From Squalus acanthias (Eukaryota): a stretch of 64,000 nucleotides of DNA. The stretch spans positions 78,246,001 to 78,310,000 of the forward strand of contig CM059432.1 in the NCBI GenBank assembly GCA_030390025.1. The letters run 5' to 3'. Under the pieces are notes generated by a model. It ran no database searches. It was given only the letters and a program-made list of their open reading frames with translations, and was not told the DNA's origin. The translations under genes and the position numbers were made by a program. Shown in pieces: positions 24,294 to 35,116 of the stretch (its first letter is position 1; the number at the start of each line of letters is the position of its first letter).

Positions 24294-26310
24294 GAACAGA
24301 AGAAATAGGAGTAGGAGTAGGTCATACGGCCCCTCGAGACTGTTCCACCATTCAATAAGATCATAGCGGATCTTCTACCTCAACTCCACTTTCCAGTCCT
24401 ATCCCCATATCCCTTGATTCCCTTAGTGTCCAAAAATCTATCGATCTCAGTCTTGAATATACTCAACAATTGAACATCCACAGCCCTCTGGGGTAGAGAA
24501 TTCCAAAGATTCACAACCCTCTGAGTGAAGAAATTTCTCCTCACCTCAGTCCTAAATGGCCGACCCTGTATCCAGAGACTATGACTCCTAGTTCTAGACT
24601 CTCCAGCCAGGGGAAACAACATCTTAGCATCTACCCCGTCAAGCCCTCTAAGAATTTTATACATTTCAATTAGACCAGCTTTCATTCTTCTAAACTCCAG
24701 AGAATATAGGCACATTCTACTCAATCTCTCCTCATAGGACAACCCTCTCATCCCAGGAATCAGTCTCGTGAACCTACGTTGCACCCCCTCTAAGGCAAGT
24801 ATATCCTTAGGTAAGGAGACCAAAACTATACACAGTTCTCCAGGTGTGGTCTCATCAAAGCCCTATATAATTGCAGCAAGATTTCCTTACTCTTATACTC
24901 CAACTCCCTTGCAATAAAGGCTAACATACCATTTGCCTTCCTAATTGCTTGTTGTACCTGCATGTTAACTTTCTGTGATTTGTGTACAAGGACACCCAAA
25001 TCCCTCTGCATGCCAACATTTAAACGTCTCTCACCTTTTAAAAAATATTCTGTTTTTCTATTCCTCCTACCAAAGTGGATAATTTCACATTTCCCCACAT
25101 TATACTCCATCTGCCACCTTCTTGCCCACTCACTTAACCTGTCGATATCCCTTTGCAGCCAGTGTGCGTCCTCCTCACAGCTTACTTCTGACCTAGCTTT
25201 GTATTGTCAGCAAACTTGGATACATTACACTCGGTCTCCTCATCTAAGTCATTTATATAGATTGTATATAACTGAGAGGCCCAGGCACTGATCCTTGCGG
25301 CACTCCACTAGTTGCAGCCTGCCAACCCGAAAATAACTTGTTTATTCCTACTCTCTTTTCTGTCCATTAACCAATCCTCAATCCAAGCTAATATGTTACC
25401 CCCAATCCCATAAGCCCTAATCTTGTGTAACAACCTCTAGTGTGGCACCTTATCTAATGCCTTTTGAAAATCCAAATATACTACAGCCACTGGTTTCCCC
25501 TTATCTACCCTGCTAATTACACCCTCAAAAAACTAATAGATTTGTCAAACACGATTTCCCTTTCATAAAACCATTTTGACTCTGCTTAATTGTGTTATGA
25601 TTTTCTAAGTGCCCTGTTACCACATCCCTAATGATAGATTCTAGCATTTTCCCTACTTCTGGTATCAGGCTAACTGACCTATAGTTCCCAGTTTTCTCTC
25701 TCCCTCCTTTTTTGAATAGCGGGGTTACATTTGCTACCTTCCAATCCACGGACACCGTTCTAGAATCTAGGGAATTCTGAAAGAGCAAAACCAATGCATC
25801 CACTATCTCTGCAGCAACCTCTTTTAGAACCCTAGGCCACTAGATCCAGGGGATTTATGGGCTTTTAGTCCCATTAATTTCTCTAGTACTTTTTCTTTAC
25901 TAATATTAATTACTTTAAATCCCTCACTCTCATTAAACCCTTGGTTCCCCACTATTGTATGTTTTTTGTGTCTTCTACTGTGAAGACAGATACAAAATAT
26001 TTGTTTGATGTCTCTGAGATTTCCTTATTCCCCATTATAATTTCCCCTGTCTCTGCCTCTAAGGGACCCATGTTTACATTCACTAATCTTTTCCTTTTTG
26101 CATACTTGTAGAAGTTCTTACAATCTGTTTTTATATTTTTTGCTAGTTTACTCTTATATTCTATTTTCTCCCTCTTTAGCAATTTCTTGGTCAAAACCCT
26201 CCCAATCCTCAGGCTTGCTACTCTTTTTGGCAACATTGTAAGCCTCTTTTAATCTAATACTATCCTTAACTTCTCTAGTTAGCCACTGTTGTAACACTTT
26301 TTCCATGGAG
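24294..26310 (-). mobile_element. CR1 LINE ORF2 3' half, degenerate
   Basis: DWKVANVTPLFKKG, GFMKGKSCLTNL and LMRPHLENCV, plus the CR1 C-terminus and 3'UTR. Confidence 0.9.
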
Positions 26311-26772
26311 TTTGTATTCCTCAAATTCCTCAAACTTCTTTGCAATCCCCTCTATGGCACTGCTGTATCTTGCACCCATCATAACTATCACAACCCTGCC
26401 ACAGCTTCTCCTCTCCTATCTACATGGTCAGATCAGTGTACCCCAGGATCCTTTATCCACCCCCCCCCCTCCTCCCCCAACCCTGCACACCCTTTGGCAA
26501 TATCATCTGGAGGCATGTATGTTGATGACATGCAGCACTATCTCTCCCCATTTAAGAATAGGTTAGATATAGTTAGGTGGTTGAAGGAAAAAAAGAATAA
26601 AGGGATGTGAGAACAGGATGGGCATATGTGATTAGAACTACTGCTAAACTCCAACACAGACTGGTTGGGCCCAGTGTTTCTGTGTTGTAATTTCAATATA
26701 ACTAATTAGTATCTCGGCAAATATACAGAAATAACAATCATATTGCAATGAAACAAGGCAGTGGCTTTCCAT

Positions 26773-27610
26773 GCAAAAGCAAAATACTGCGGATGCTGGA
26801 AATCTGAAATAAAAACAGAAAACGCTGGAAATACCCAGCAGGTTTGAATCCTGCCTGACTCATACTGCTTTTTAAATTAGATTACTGTCATTTAAAAAAC
26901 CCAGAAATTAAAACACTTTTTTAAGTCTAAAAAGATGTGTTAAAATAACATCTACACAATTTACTTAAAGCTCAAAGCCTTTTCAGGAAGCTGAACAGAT
27001 CTTAATATATGAAGTCACGTGAAAACATAGTACTGTGTCCAATTCTGGGTACCACACTTTAGGAAGGATGTGAAGGCCTTAGAGAGGGTGCAGAAAAGAT
27101 TTACAAGAATGATTCCAGGAATGAGGGACTTCAGTTACGTTGATAGACTGGAGAAGCTGGGATTGTTCTCCTTGGAGCAGAGAAGATCGAGAGGTGACTG
27201 GATAGAGGTGTTCAAAATCATGAGGGGTCTGGACAAGGTAGATAGAGAGAAACTGTTCCCATTGGCAGAAGGGTCGAGAACCAAAGGACACAGATTTAAG
27301 GTGATTGGCAAAAGAACCAAAGGCGACATAAGAAAAAACTTTTTTACATAGCGAGTGGTTAAGATCTGGAATACACTGCCTGAAAGGGTGGTGGAGGCAG
27401 ACTCAATCTTACCTTTCAAAAGGGAGTTGGATAAGTACCTGAAGGAAAAAAAATTGCAGGGCTACTGAGAAAGGGCAGGGGAGTGGGACTAGCTGAGAGT
27501 CGGCATGGGCTTGATAGCCACATTTTATTGCAACATTTAAATCAGATTGATTTTGATATATGTGGAAAGAGAAACAGTTAACCTTTCAGGTCCACGACTT
27601 GTCGTCAGAA
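26773..27610 (-). mobile_element. Split Penelope-like pLTR remnant (26773-26843 and 27561-27610) with a degenerate hammerhead core
   Basis: aaaatactgcggatgctggaaatctgaaataaaaacagaaaacgctgg, and minus-strand CTGACGA-caagtc-gtg-gacct-GAAA-ggttaac; the two parts are separated by later sequence including a CR1 fragment. Confidence 0.55.
27028..27495 (+). mobile_element. CR1 3' fragment
   Basis: ALERVQKRFTRMIPGM...LFSLEQRR...GHRFKV. Confidence 0.85.
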
Positions 27611-27713
27611 TTTAGAACTTCATTAGTGGCTATCAATGTATTGCAGAAGTTATCAAATATTGGATGTTTAAAGTGCAATTTACTGCAGTGCATTATTTTT
27701 TTTAAAAACAGCA

Positions 27714-27786
27714 CGAGTCAGGCAGGAGTCGAACCTGCAATCTTCTGATCCGTAGTCAGACGCGTTATCCATTGCGCCACTGACCC
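27714..27786 (-). tRNA. tRNA-Arg(ACG), copy 1
   Basis: GGGTCAGTGGCGCAATGGATAACGCGTCTGACT-ACG-GATCAGAAGATTGCAGGTTCGACTCCTGCCTGACTCG; 73-nt cloverleaf with A and B boxes; T-run terminator just downstream. Confidence 0.95.
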
Positions 27787-29542
27787 CACAATGTTGAAAG
27801 TAACCTCTCACCAATAATAGCAAAAAATCGATACAAACGTTCCCCCACTTACTAATTTGATGTTAAACTGCCGCTTCTTCCAGCTGGCGCCCGGTCACTT
27901 TAACAGCTGCTACCCGCAGCTCATTGCACTTCACAAGTCGCCCCTTCACCGCCTCCTTTTCAAAAATACAACCAGATTGAAGGCAGAAGCTGCTCCTCAG
28001 GCTGATGGGACAAAATATTCTTTCATTGAGAGATGTCGTTTTCCCATCACTCACAATTGTCGTTCTGTGTTCGACAAGATCTTATTGTCGGATGGTTCAA
28101 TATTTCAAATTTGAAATCGGGCCGACTTTTCAGCCAATCTTTATTGTTTGTCCTGTACCATAAACAATCGAGTACTTTTAAAGTTAACATAGTCACAGAC
28201 CTTTCCCAGTACCGGCTGCTTATCTATTAGCAAACATGATTTGTGAAAGACGTTTGGCTTGTTTTTTACAAAGTTCTTCAAGTAATTAGAAATGATAACT
28301 GCAAGAAGGCAGTGTGTCAAACATAATAACGTTTCATTTACATTGAATTATTACTTAGATCTTGTTTGGTACAAGAATATAGTGTACATATGAATCAAAA
28401 TGGGCTTTGTGCCTTTATCCTCAATGTCCTTTGGAAACAATCTTGCTCTTGTTTTCGGATCAGTCTTTTGCGCTCGGTTGGTAGTGTTCAGACTTTCATT
28501 GATCCGAGTTTACCTATGCTGCTTTTACAGTATTTCTGATAAGTGATTTTTTTCTGCTTCTTAATTTACAAAGAGTACTATTCCTCCCCACTTCATATCC
28601 CCTGCAATAGGCATGCATATTCTGCTAGCTTTGAGAGCAAGTGATGTGCTTTCGGATTTCTGCCACTAGAAATTGCACAAAAACTACTTTGTGTAATCTG
28701 CCGAAAATGTTCTCTGCTCTTGTTGCCACCCCTCAGATCCTCAGCAATAGGAAGAATCTGTGGCTTGCCATTTCTGGGAGAATTTAAAGATGCCAATCGG
28801 CCATCCCTGCCGAAAGGCAGTTCCAGTGACAAGATCAGTAGTATAAAAAATCTGGGGTTATTTCCAATGCTACAGAGAAGGCTAAGAGAAGTTTAATACA
28901 GGTTTTTAAACCATGAAGCTTTTTAATAGGGTGAACAGGGAAATACAATTTCCTCTGCTTGAAGAGTCTGTGACAAAGGGTATTCAATTTAAAATTATCT
29001 CTAAGAAAGTGAGGAATAAGATTAGGAGAACATTTTTCATACAGTGTTGGAGATTGAAATACTTTGCCACAGAGGGTAGTTGAGGCAAAGACCTTAGCAT
29101 CATTTGAGGGAAGAGTTGATAAATATTTGAAGCAAAGAAATGTACTGGGCTAAGGGGAGGAGGCAGTGCAATGGGATTAGTTTTGGATTGTTTTAGCAAA
29201 GCGCCGGCATAGACATGATAGGCTGAAAGGCCACCTCTGTGCTGCAAACATCTGTGGGCAGAACTTTCAACTTTGGTGGGGTCTGTTATACACCCAGCTC
29301 AATGTTCCTTTCCATTGACGTCAGAGTTGTTGTCAATGTTGTCCTCCAGTGCTGGCTGCAGATGGGTTTCCTCCTCCACTTCCTCACTATTTAGGCCTCT
29401 TCTTGATGGTGAAATTGTACAGCATCATACATGCTAATCATTCTATGAATCTGGTCTGTGTTCACAGGCAGAAATCAGTGTGGGCTCGCACCCCACCCCT
29501 CCCCCACCCCGTTTCCTCAATACCAATCCTGCCCGAGTCACA

Positions 29543-30600
29543 GAATCATAGAATGATACAGCACAGAAGGAGGCCATTCGGCCCATCATGCCTGTGCCGG
29601 CTCTTTGAAATAGCTAACTATTTAGTCCCATTCCCCTGCTCTTTCTCCATAGTCCTGCAACCTTTCCCCTTCAAGAATTTATCCAATTCCCTTTTGAAAG
29701 TTATTATTGAATCTGCTTCCACCACTCTTTCAGGCAGTGCATTCCAGATCATAACAACTCGCTGTATAAAAAATGGTTTCCTCATGTCGCCTCTAGTTCT
29801 TTTGCCAATTATCTTAAATCTGTGTCCTCTGGTTACCAACCCTTCTGCCACTGGAAACAGTTTCTCCCGTTCATGATTTTGAACACCTGTATCAAATCTC
29901 CCCTTAACCTTCTCTACTGTAAGGGGTACAACCCCAGTTTCTCTAGTCTCTCCAAGTAACTGAAGCAATGTTCCCCATAATTCTTTTGGACTGCGCGACC
30001 TCTTTAACAGGCTGCGCGGCCCATTCAAAAGTCCGCGTATGTGTGTTTTTTTCCAATTTAAAATCTGGCTCACCGGCTGCGCAGGACCCCTGGAGCGCTG
30101 CGTGGCCGCACAGTTTAAAGGGACCATTGACCTGAAGTCCTTCATCCCTGGTACCATTCTAGTAAATCTCTTCTGCACCCTCTCTAAGGCCTTGTCATCC
30201 TTCCTAAAGTGTGGTGCTCAGAATTGGTCAAAATACTCCAGCTGGGGCCTAACCAGTGTTTTATAGAGGCTTAACATAACTTTCTTGCTTTTGTACTTTA
30301 TGCCTCTATTTATAAAGCCAAGGATCCCATATGCTTTTAACAGCCTTCTCAACTTGTCCTGTCACCTTCAAATACTCATATACCTACACCCCTGGGTCTC
30401 TCTATTCCTACACCCGCTTTAAAATTGTACCATTTAGTTAATATTGCCTCTCCTCATTTTTCCTAACAAAATAAATCACTTCACACTTCTCTGTGCTAAA
30501 TTTCATCTGCCATGTGTCTGCCCATTTCACCAATCTGTCTATGTTCTCCTGAAGTCTGTTACTATCCTCCTCACTGTTTACTACGTTTGAGTTTTGTGTT
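29543..30600 (-). mobile_element. CR1 3' fragment interrupted by a MITE
   Basis: QKRFTRMVPG and WNALPERVVEADSI...FKRELDKFL. Confidence 0.85.
29966..30129. mobile_element. hAT-type MITE (164 bp)
   Basis: TIR CAATGTTCCC...GGGACCATTG (9/10 match); 8-bp TSD AACTGAAG/ACCTGAAG (7/8); cleanly splits the CR1. Confidence 0.75.
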
Positions 30601-30871
30601 ATTTGCTGCTATTTGAAGTGACTCCAGGCATTGCATACTGTAGGTAGGAATGATCATGACACTAGTATACAGCGGACAGATTCACTTCAAATAGCAGTTT
30701 GACTTGGATGGAAAGGAACTGAGGGGAGAGGGAAGAGTGACGAAGAGGAAAGGTGAAAGCAAGGGGGAAAGGGAAAAGGCAAAAGTAAGCAGCAGTAGCA
30801 GAGCCTTGGGACTGGGGAAGAGGAAGAGTGTCAGGTTAAACTGGCGAATACAGTCAGCTTGAACTGGGGAA

Positions 30872-32120
30872 CAACAACAACAACAACAACAACTTGCCTT
30901 TAACATAGTAAAACATCCCAAGGCGCTGTACAGGAGTATTTTAAGACAACAAATTTGACAATGATCCACATAAGGATAAATTAGGGCAGGTGACCAAAAG
31001 CTTGGTCAAAGAAGTAGATTTTAAGGAGCGTCTTAAAGGAGGAAAGAGAGGTATTGAGGCAGAGAGGTTTAAGGAGGGAATTCCAGAGCTTAGGGCTGAG
31101 GCAACAGAAGGCACGACCACCAAAGTTTGAGCGATTAATCAGGGATGCTCAAGAGGGCAGAATTAGAGGAGCGCAGATATCTCGGGGGGTTGTGGGGCTG
31201 AAGGAGATTACAGAGATAGGAAGGGGCGAGGCCATGGAGGGATTTAAAAACAAGGATGAGAATTTTGAAATCGAGGCGCTGCTTAACCGGGAGCCAATGT
31301 AGGTCAGCGAGCACAGGGGTGATGGGTGAACGGGACTTGGTGCGGGTTAGGACACAGGCAGCCGAGTTTTGGATGACCTCAAGTTTACGTAGGGTGGAAT
31401 GTGGGAGGCCAGCCAGGAGTGAATTGGAATAGTCAAGTCTAGAGGTAACAAAGGCATGGATGAGGGTTTCAGCAGCGGATGAGCTGAGGCAAGGGCGGAG
31501 ACGGGTGATGTTACGGAGGTGGAAGTAGGCGGTCTTAGTTATGCTGCGGTTATGTGGTCGGAAGCTCATTTCCGGGTCAAATATGGCACCAAGGTTGCAA
31601 ACAGTGTGGTTCAGCCTCAGACAGATGTTCGGGAGAGGGATGGAGTCAGTGGCTAGGGAACGGAGTTTGTGGCGGGGACCCAAAACAATGGCTTCGGTCT
31701 TCCCAATATTTAATTGGAGAAAATGTTTGCTCATCCAGAACTGGATGTCGGACAAGCAGGCTGACACTTTAGAGACTGCGGAGAGGTCGAGAGAAGAGGT
31801 AGTGAGGTAGAGCTGGGTGTCATTAGCGTACATGTGGAAACTGACGCTGTGTTTTCAGATGATGTCACCAAGGGGCAACATGTAGATGAGAAATAGGAGG
31901 GGGCCAAGGATAGATCCTTGGGGGACACCAGAGGTAACGATGCGGGAGCGGGAAGAGAAACCGTTGCAGGTGATTCTCTGGTTACGATTAGATCGATAAG
32001 AATGGAACCAGGCGAATGCAGTCCCACCCAGCTGGACGACAGTGGAGAGGCATTGGAGAAGGATAGAGTGGTCAACCATGTCAAAGGCTGCAGACAAGTC
32101 AAGAGGACAAGGAGGGATAG
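30872..32120 (-). mobile_element. L2 LINE, 5'-truncated, relatively young
   Basis: GVPQGSILGPLLFLIY, MYANDTQLYL and LHWLPVKQRLDFKIL; (TTG)n tail read as (caa)n at 30872-30893. Confidence 0.9.
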
Positions 32121-33485
32121 TGGGAAAGAAGAAATGCCAGCTTGAATGGCAGGGTGGAAGGAGAATATTGATTTGAATTTGGGGAGAGTAGCAGAAGGGT
32201 GCCAGTATGAACTGGGAAGGTTGGAGGATGTGAGAGTACGGTGGATTTTCCTCTTCATTTTTCCTGGGGACCACTAATTTTTCAGGAGCAGTAAAAAGAT
32301 CAGGTTTCAGCTCCCACTGTTCTATCCTAGGATTTCCTAGGGATCCCTGATGGGTGGTACTGGGCCAGGAATAGACCAGCGTAACCATATAAATGATATG
32401 GATGTGGTCCTGGCCTCCAACCTCACTTTCCTGATCCTAAAACCATTGGGCACTCCAGTTGAGAGGCACCTGAAGAAAGCCGGTGTTGGGGCTTGCGCTG
32501 GGACCCCGATGGACTGGAGAGTCTGAAGTGGTGTGGGGACAGCCTGAAGATTGCAGAGGAGGCCAGAGCTGTACATTTTAGAAGATTCCCTCATCACCAG
32601 GGCAATCTTTTGGGCCTTTTGGCTGCTGCTCTTCATTTAAATGTTAAAGCAACAAAAAGACTATATAATTGATCATTCCTTATTTTGAATTTTTTTTTAT
32701 TATGTTGCACAAGCAACGTGGAAGCCATTGGCCATGTTACACTGCTGCATGTCTTGGAGGCCTTGGGACTGGGGAAGGGAAAGTGCCAGGATTAACTGAG
32801 GGCAGGAAGGGGAAAGGTGTTAGTATGGCAGAAAATATATCCCAGAAACTTTTAGCAACCCGGTTTACCCACCATCAGCACACAAACAACAATTCCAGAC
32901 CTAAATGTCCAGGAAGGTTTTGGCTGGGTGTGTGCTCTCCTTTAGACAGTAAACTAGGTTTCAGAAGTAAAACATGAAACAGAAAATACATCTGACTCAA
33001 GAAGTACACTCCTCCTTAGACCATGTAAAATTAACACTATCATGTCTGTCACTGATTGCATATATCACTCATGTGAACTGAATATCAATGGTTTATTTAT
33101 GGCCTGTTATTTCTGAAGCAACACTTTTTCTGACTTCAAAAATCTTGCAACGCATCACCTGTAACACAAGTAAATCCTAGTGATTGCAGCCTTTTAAAAT
33201 GTGTGTCCCTGTGCTTTCTGTCAGTTAATAAGCACCTTGAGACGTTTTACTACATTATAGGCGCTTTATAAATGTAAGTTTTTGTTGTTGTTTATATAAT
33301 GTGTATTGTTTAAAGATTTTATAGTTAACAATCATATTGCCCCCAAAATAGACAGTGGTTTTCCGTGCAGTGCAGAAATAATTCAACATCGATATTTAAA
33401 CTCCAAGGAACATCAGAACAAAAATATGTATCTACGTAAGTGCGATTTACTGCAGGAAATTATTAAAGTAAAATAAAAAGCAGCA

Positions 33486-33558
33486 CGAGTCAGGCAGGAG
33501 TCGAACCTGCAATCTTCTGATCCGTAGTCAGACGCGTTATCCATTGCGCCACTGACCC
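33486..33558 (-). tRNA. tRNA-Arg(ACG), copy 2
   Basis: Identical over all 73 nt to copy 1; downstream T-run terminator. Confidence 0.95.
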
Positions 33559-34010
33559 CACAAAAATGTAACTTCGCCTCTCACTGATAATAGTGGTAAC
33601 ATCGATACAAACTTTAACCTCATTCACTGACCCGCTTTTAAATTGCGGAATCCTTTACAACCAGCGTTCCCTCACCAACAGCCGCTGCCCGCAGCTGGTT
33701 CGACTTCACTTGTCGCCCTTTCTCCGCCTTCTCATAATGAAGGCAGAAGCTGCACCCGCAGCAGAATGAAGTTTACGGACGAGTGTCCGTGGTGGAAAAT
33801 AGAGTTTGATTCCGGGATAGGGCAGCCCCTGGACTCCAACCTGCAGCTGCAGGCAGATTAGTTCGGAGTAACAACCTGCCCTCAGTAAGTGCAGGCCGTC
33901 CCCGGAGTAACAGCTTGTGCGTGCGGGGTGCTCTCGGAGTATCAGTTTGTGTAGGAATGGATGTAGGCTGATCCCGGAGTATCAGTGGGTGCAGATTGAT
34001 CCTGCAGCAA

Positions 34011-34506
34011 CAGCCTGTGTTTGTTTGGGTGCAGACTGATCCCAGATTAACAGCCTGTGTTTGAGTGGGTGCAGACTGATCCCAGATTAACAGCCTGTGT
34101 TTGAGTGGGTGCAGACTGATCCCGGATTAACAGCCTGTGTTTGAGTGGGTGCAGACTGATCCCGGATTAACAGCCTGTGTTTGAGTGGGTGCAGACTGAT
34201 CCCGGATTAACAGCCTGTGCTGGAGTGGGTGCAGACTGATCCCGGATTAACAGCCTGTGTTTGAGTGGGTGCAGACTGATCCCGGATTAACAGCCTGTGC
34301 TGGAGTGGGTGCAGACTGATCCCGGATTAACAGCCTGTGTTTGAGTGGGTGCAGACTGATCCCGGATTAACAGCCTGTGCTGGAGTGGGTGCAGACTGAT
34401 CCCGGATTAACAGCCTGTGTTTGAGTGGGTGCAGACTGATCCCGGATTAACAGCCTGTGTTTGAGTGGGTGCAGACTGATCCCGGATTAACAGCCTGTGC
34501 TGGAGT
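34011..34506. repeat. 40-bp minisatellite, ~12 copies
   Basis: Unit cagcctgtg(tttg/ctgg)agtgggtgcagactgatccc(g/a)gattaa, head-to-tail with no spacers; more degenerate units extend left to ~33850. Confidence 0.95.
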
Positions 34507-34715
34507 AATACTGAGGGTGTGCCGAGGCTCTTGTCCGGCCGTGTTGCTGTCACATTGCTCACACTGGGCTCGGCCCGGCTGCTCACGGTCTCGGTGCCGG
34601 CGCCGCGCTCCATGATCCTGCACAAAGCCCGCCTGTGCCAGGAGCTTCTGACTCAGCTCCCCGCCTCTGAGTAACTTGTTGTCGAGTGGAGCAGGGCTCC
34701 GATTTCATCTCAGGG

Positions 34716-34804
34716 CCTTCGATAGCTCAGCTGGTAGAGCGGAGGACTGTAGAGGCTTAGTCCAGGAAATCCTTAGGTCGCTGGTTCGATTCCGGCTCGA
34801 AGGA
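34716..34804 (+). tRNA. tRNA-Tyr(GTA) with a 16-nt intron (34753-34768)
   Basis: CCTTCGATAGCTCAGCTGGTAGAGCGGAGGACTGTAG + intron + ATCCTTAGGTCGCTGGTTCGATTCCGGCTCGAAGGA, the canonical vertebrate Tyr sequence; T9 terminator at 34810. Confidence 0.97.
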
Positions 34805-35116
34805 CAGAATTTTTTTTTACAATTTCAGTTTTTTGCTGCAATTTTTTGCCGATAATCGCGTCAATTTTACAGGACATTTTAAACCAAAATAAATATTTTA
34901 CGGGAGATATTTTACCAGTCTATGCATTTATACTACTGGATTAGCAGCCATGTTTACACAGGCTGTACACAGCGGCTATGTACACAAGAAAAGAAAGACT
35001 GGCATTTATACAAGGCTTGCATTTATTACAAGTGCTCTGTACACTTGGGCTGTACACAGGGGCTCTGTCTGCTGCCCTTTGTGTGATCTCTTGGTTTGGT
35101 TCAGGTCGGTCTCAGA

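Noticed and set aside
34011..34506. CRISPR-like array
   Set aside because: The units are contiguous with no unique spacers, there are no cas genes, and the context is eukaryotic; it is a minisatellite.
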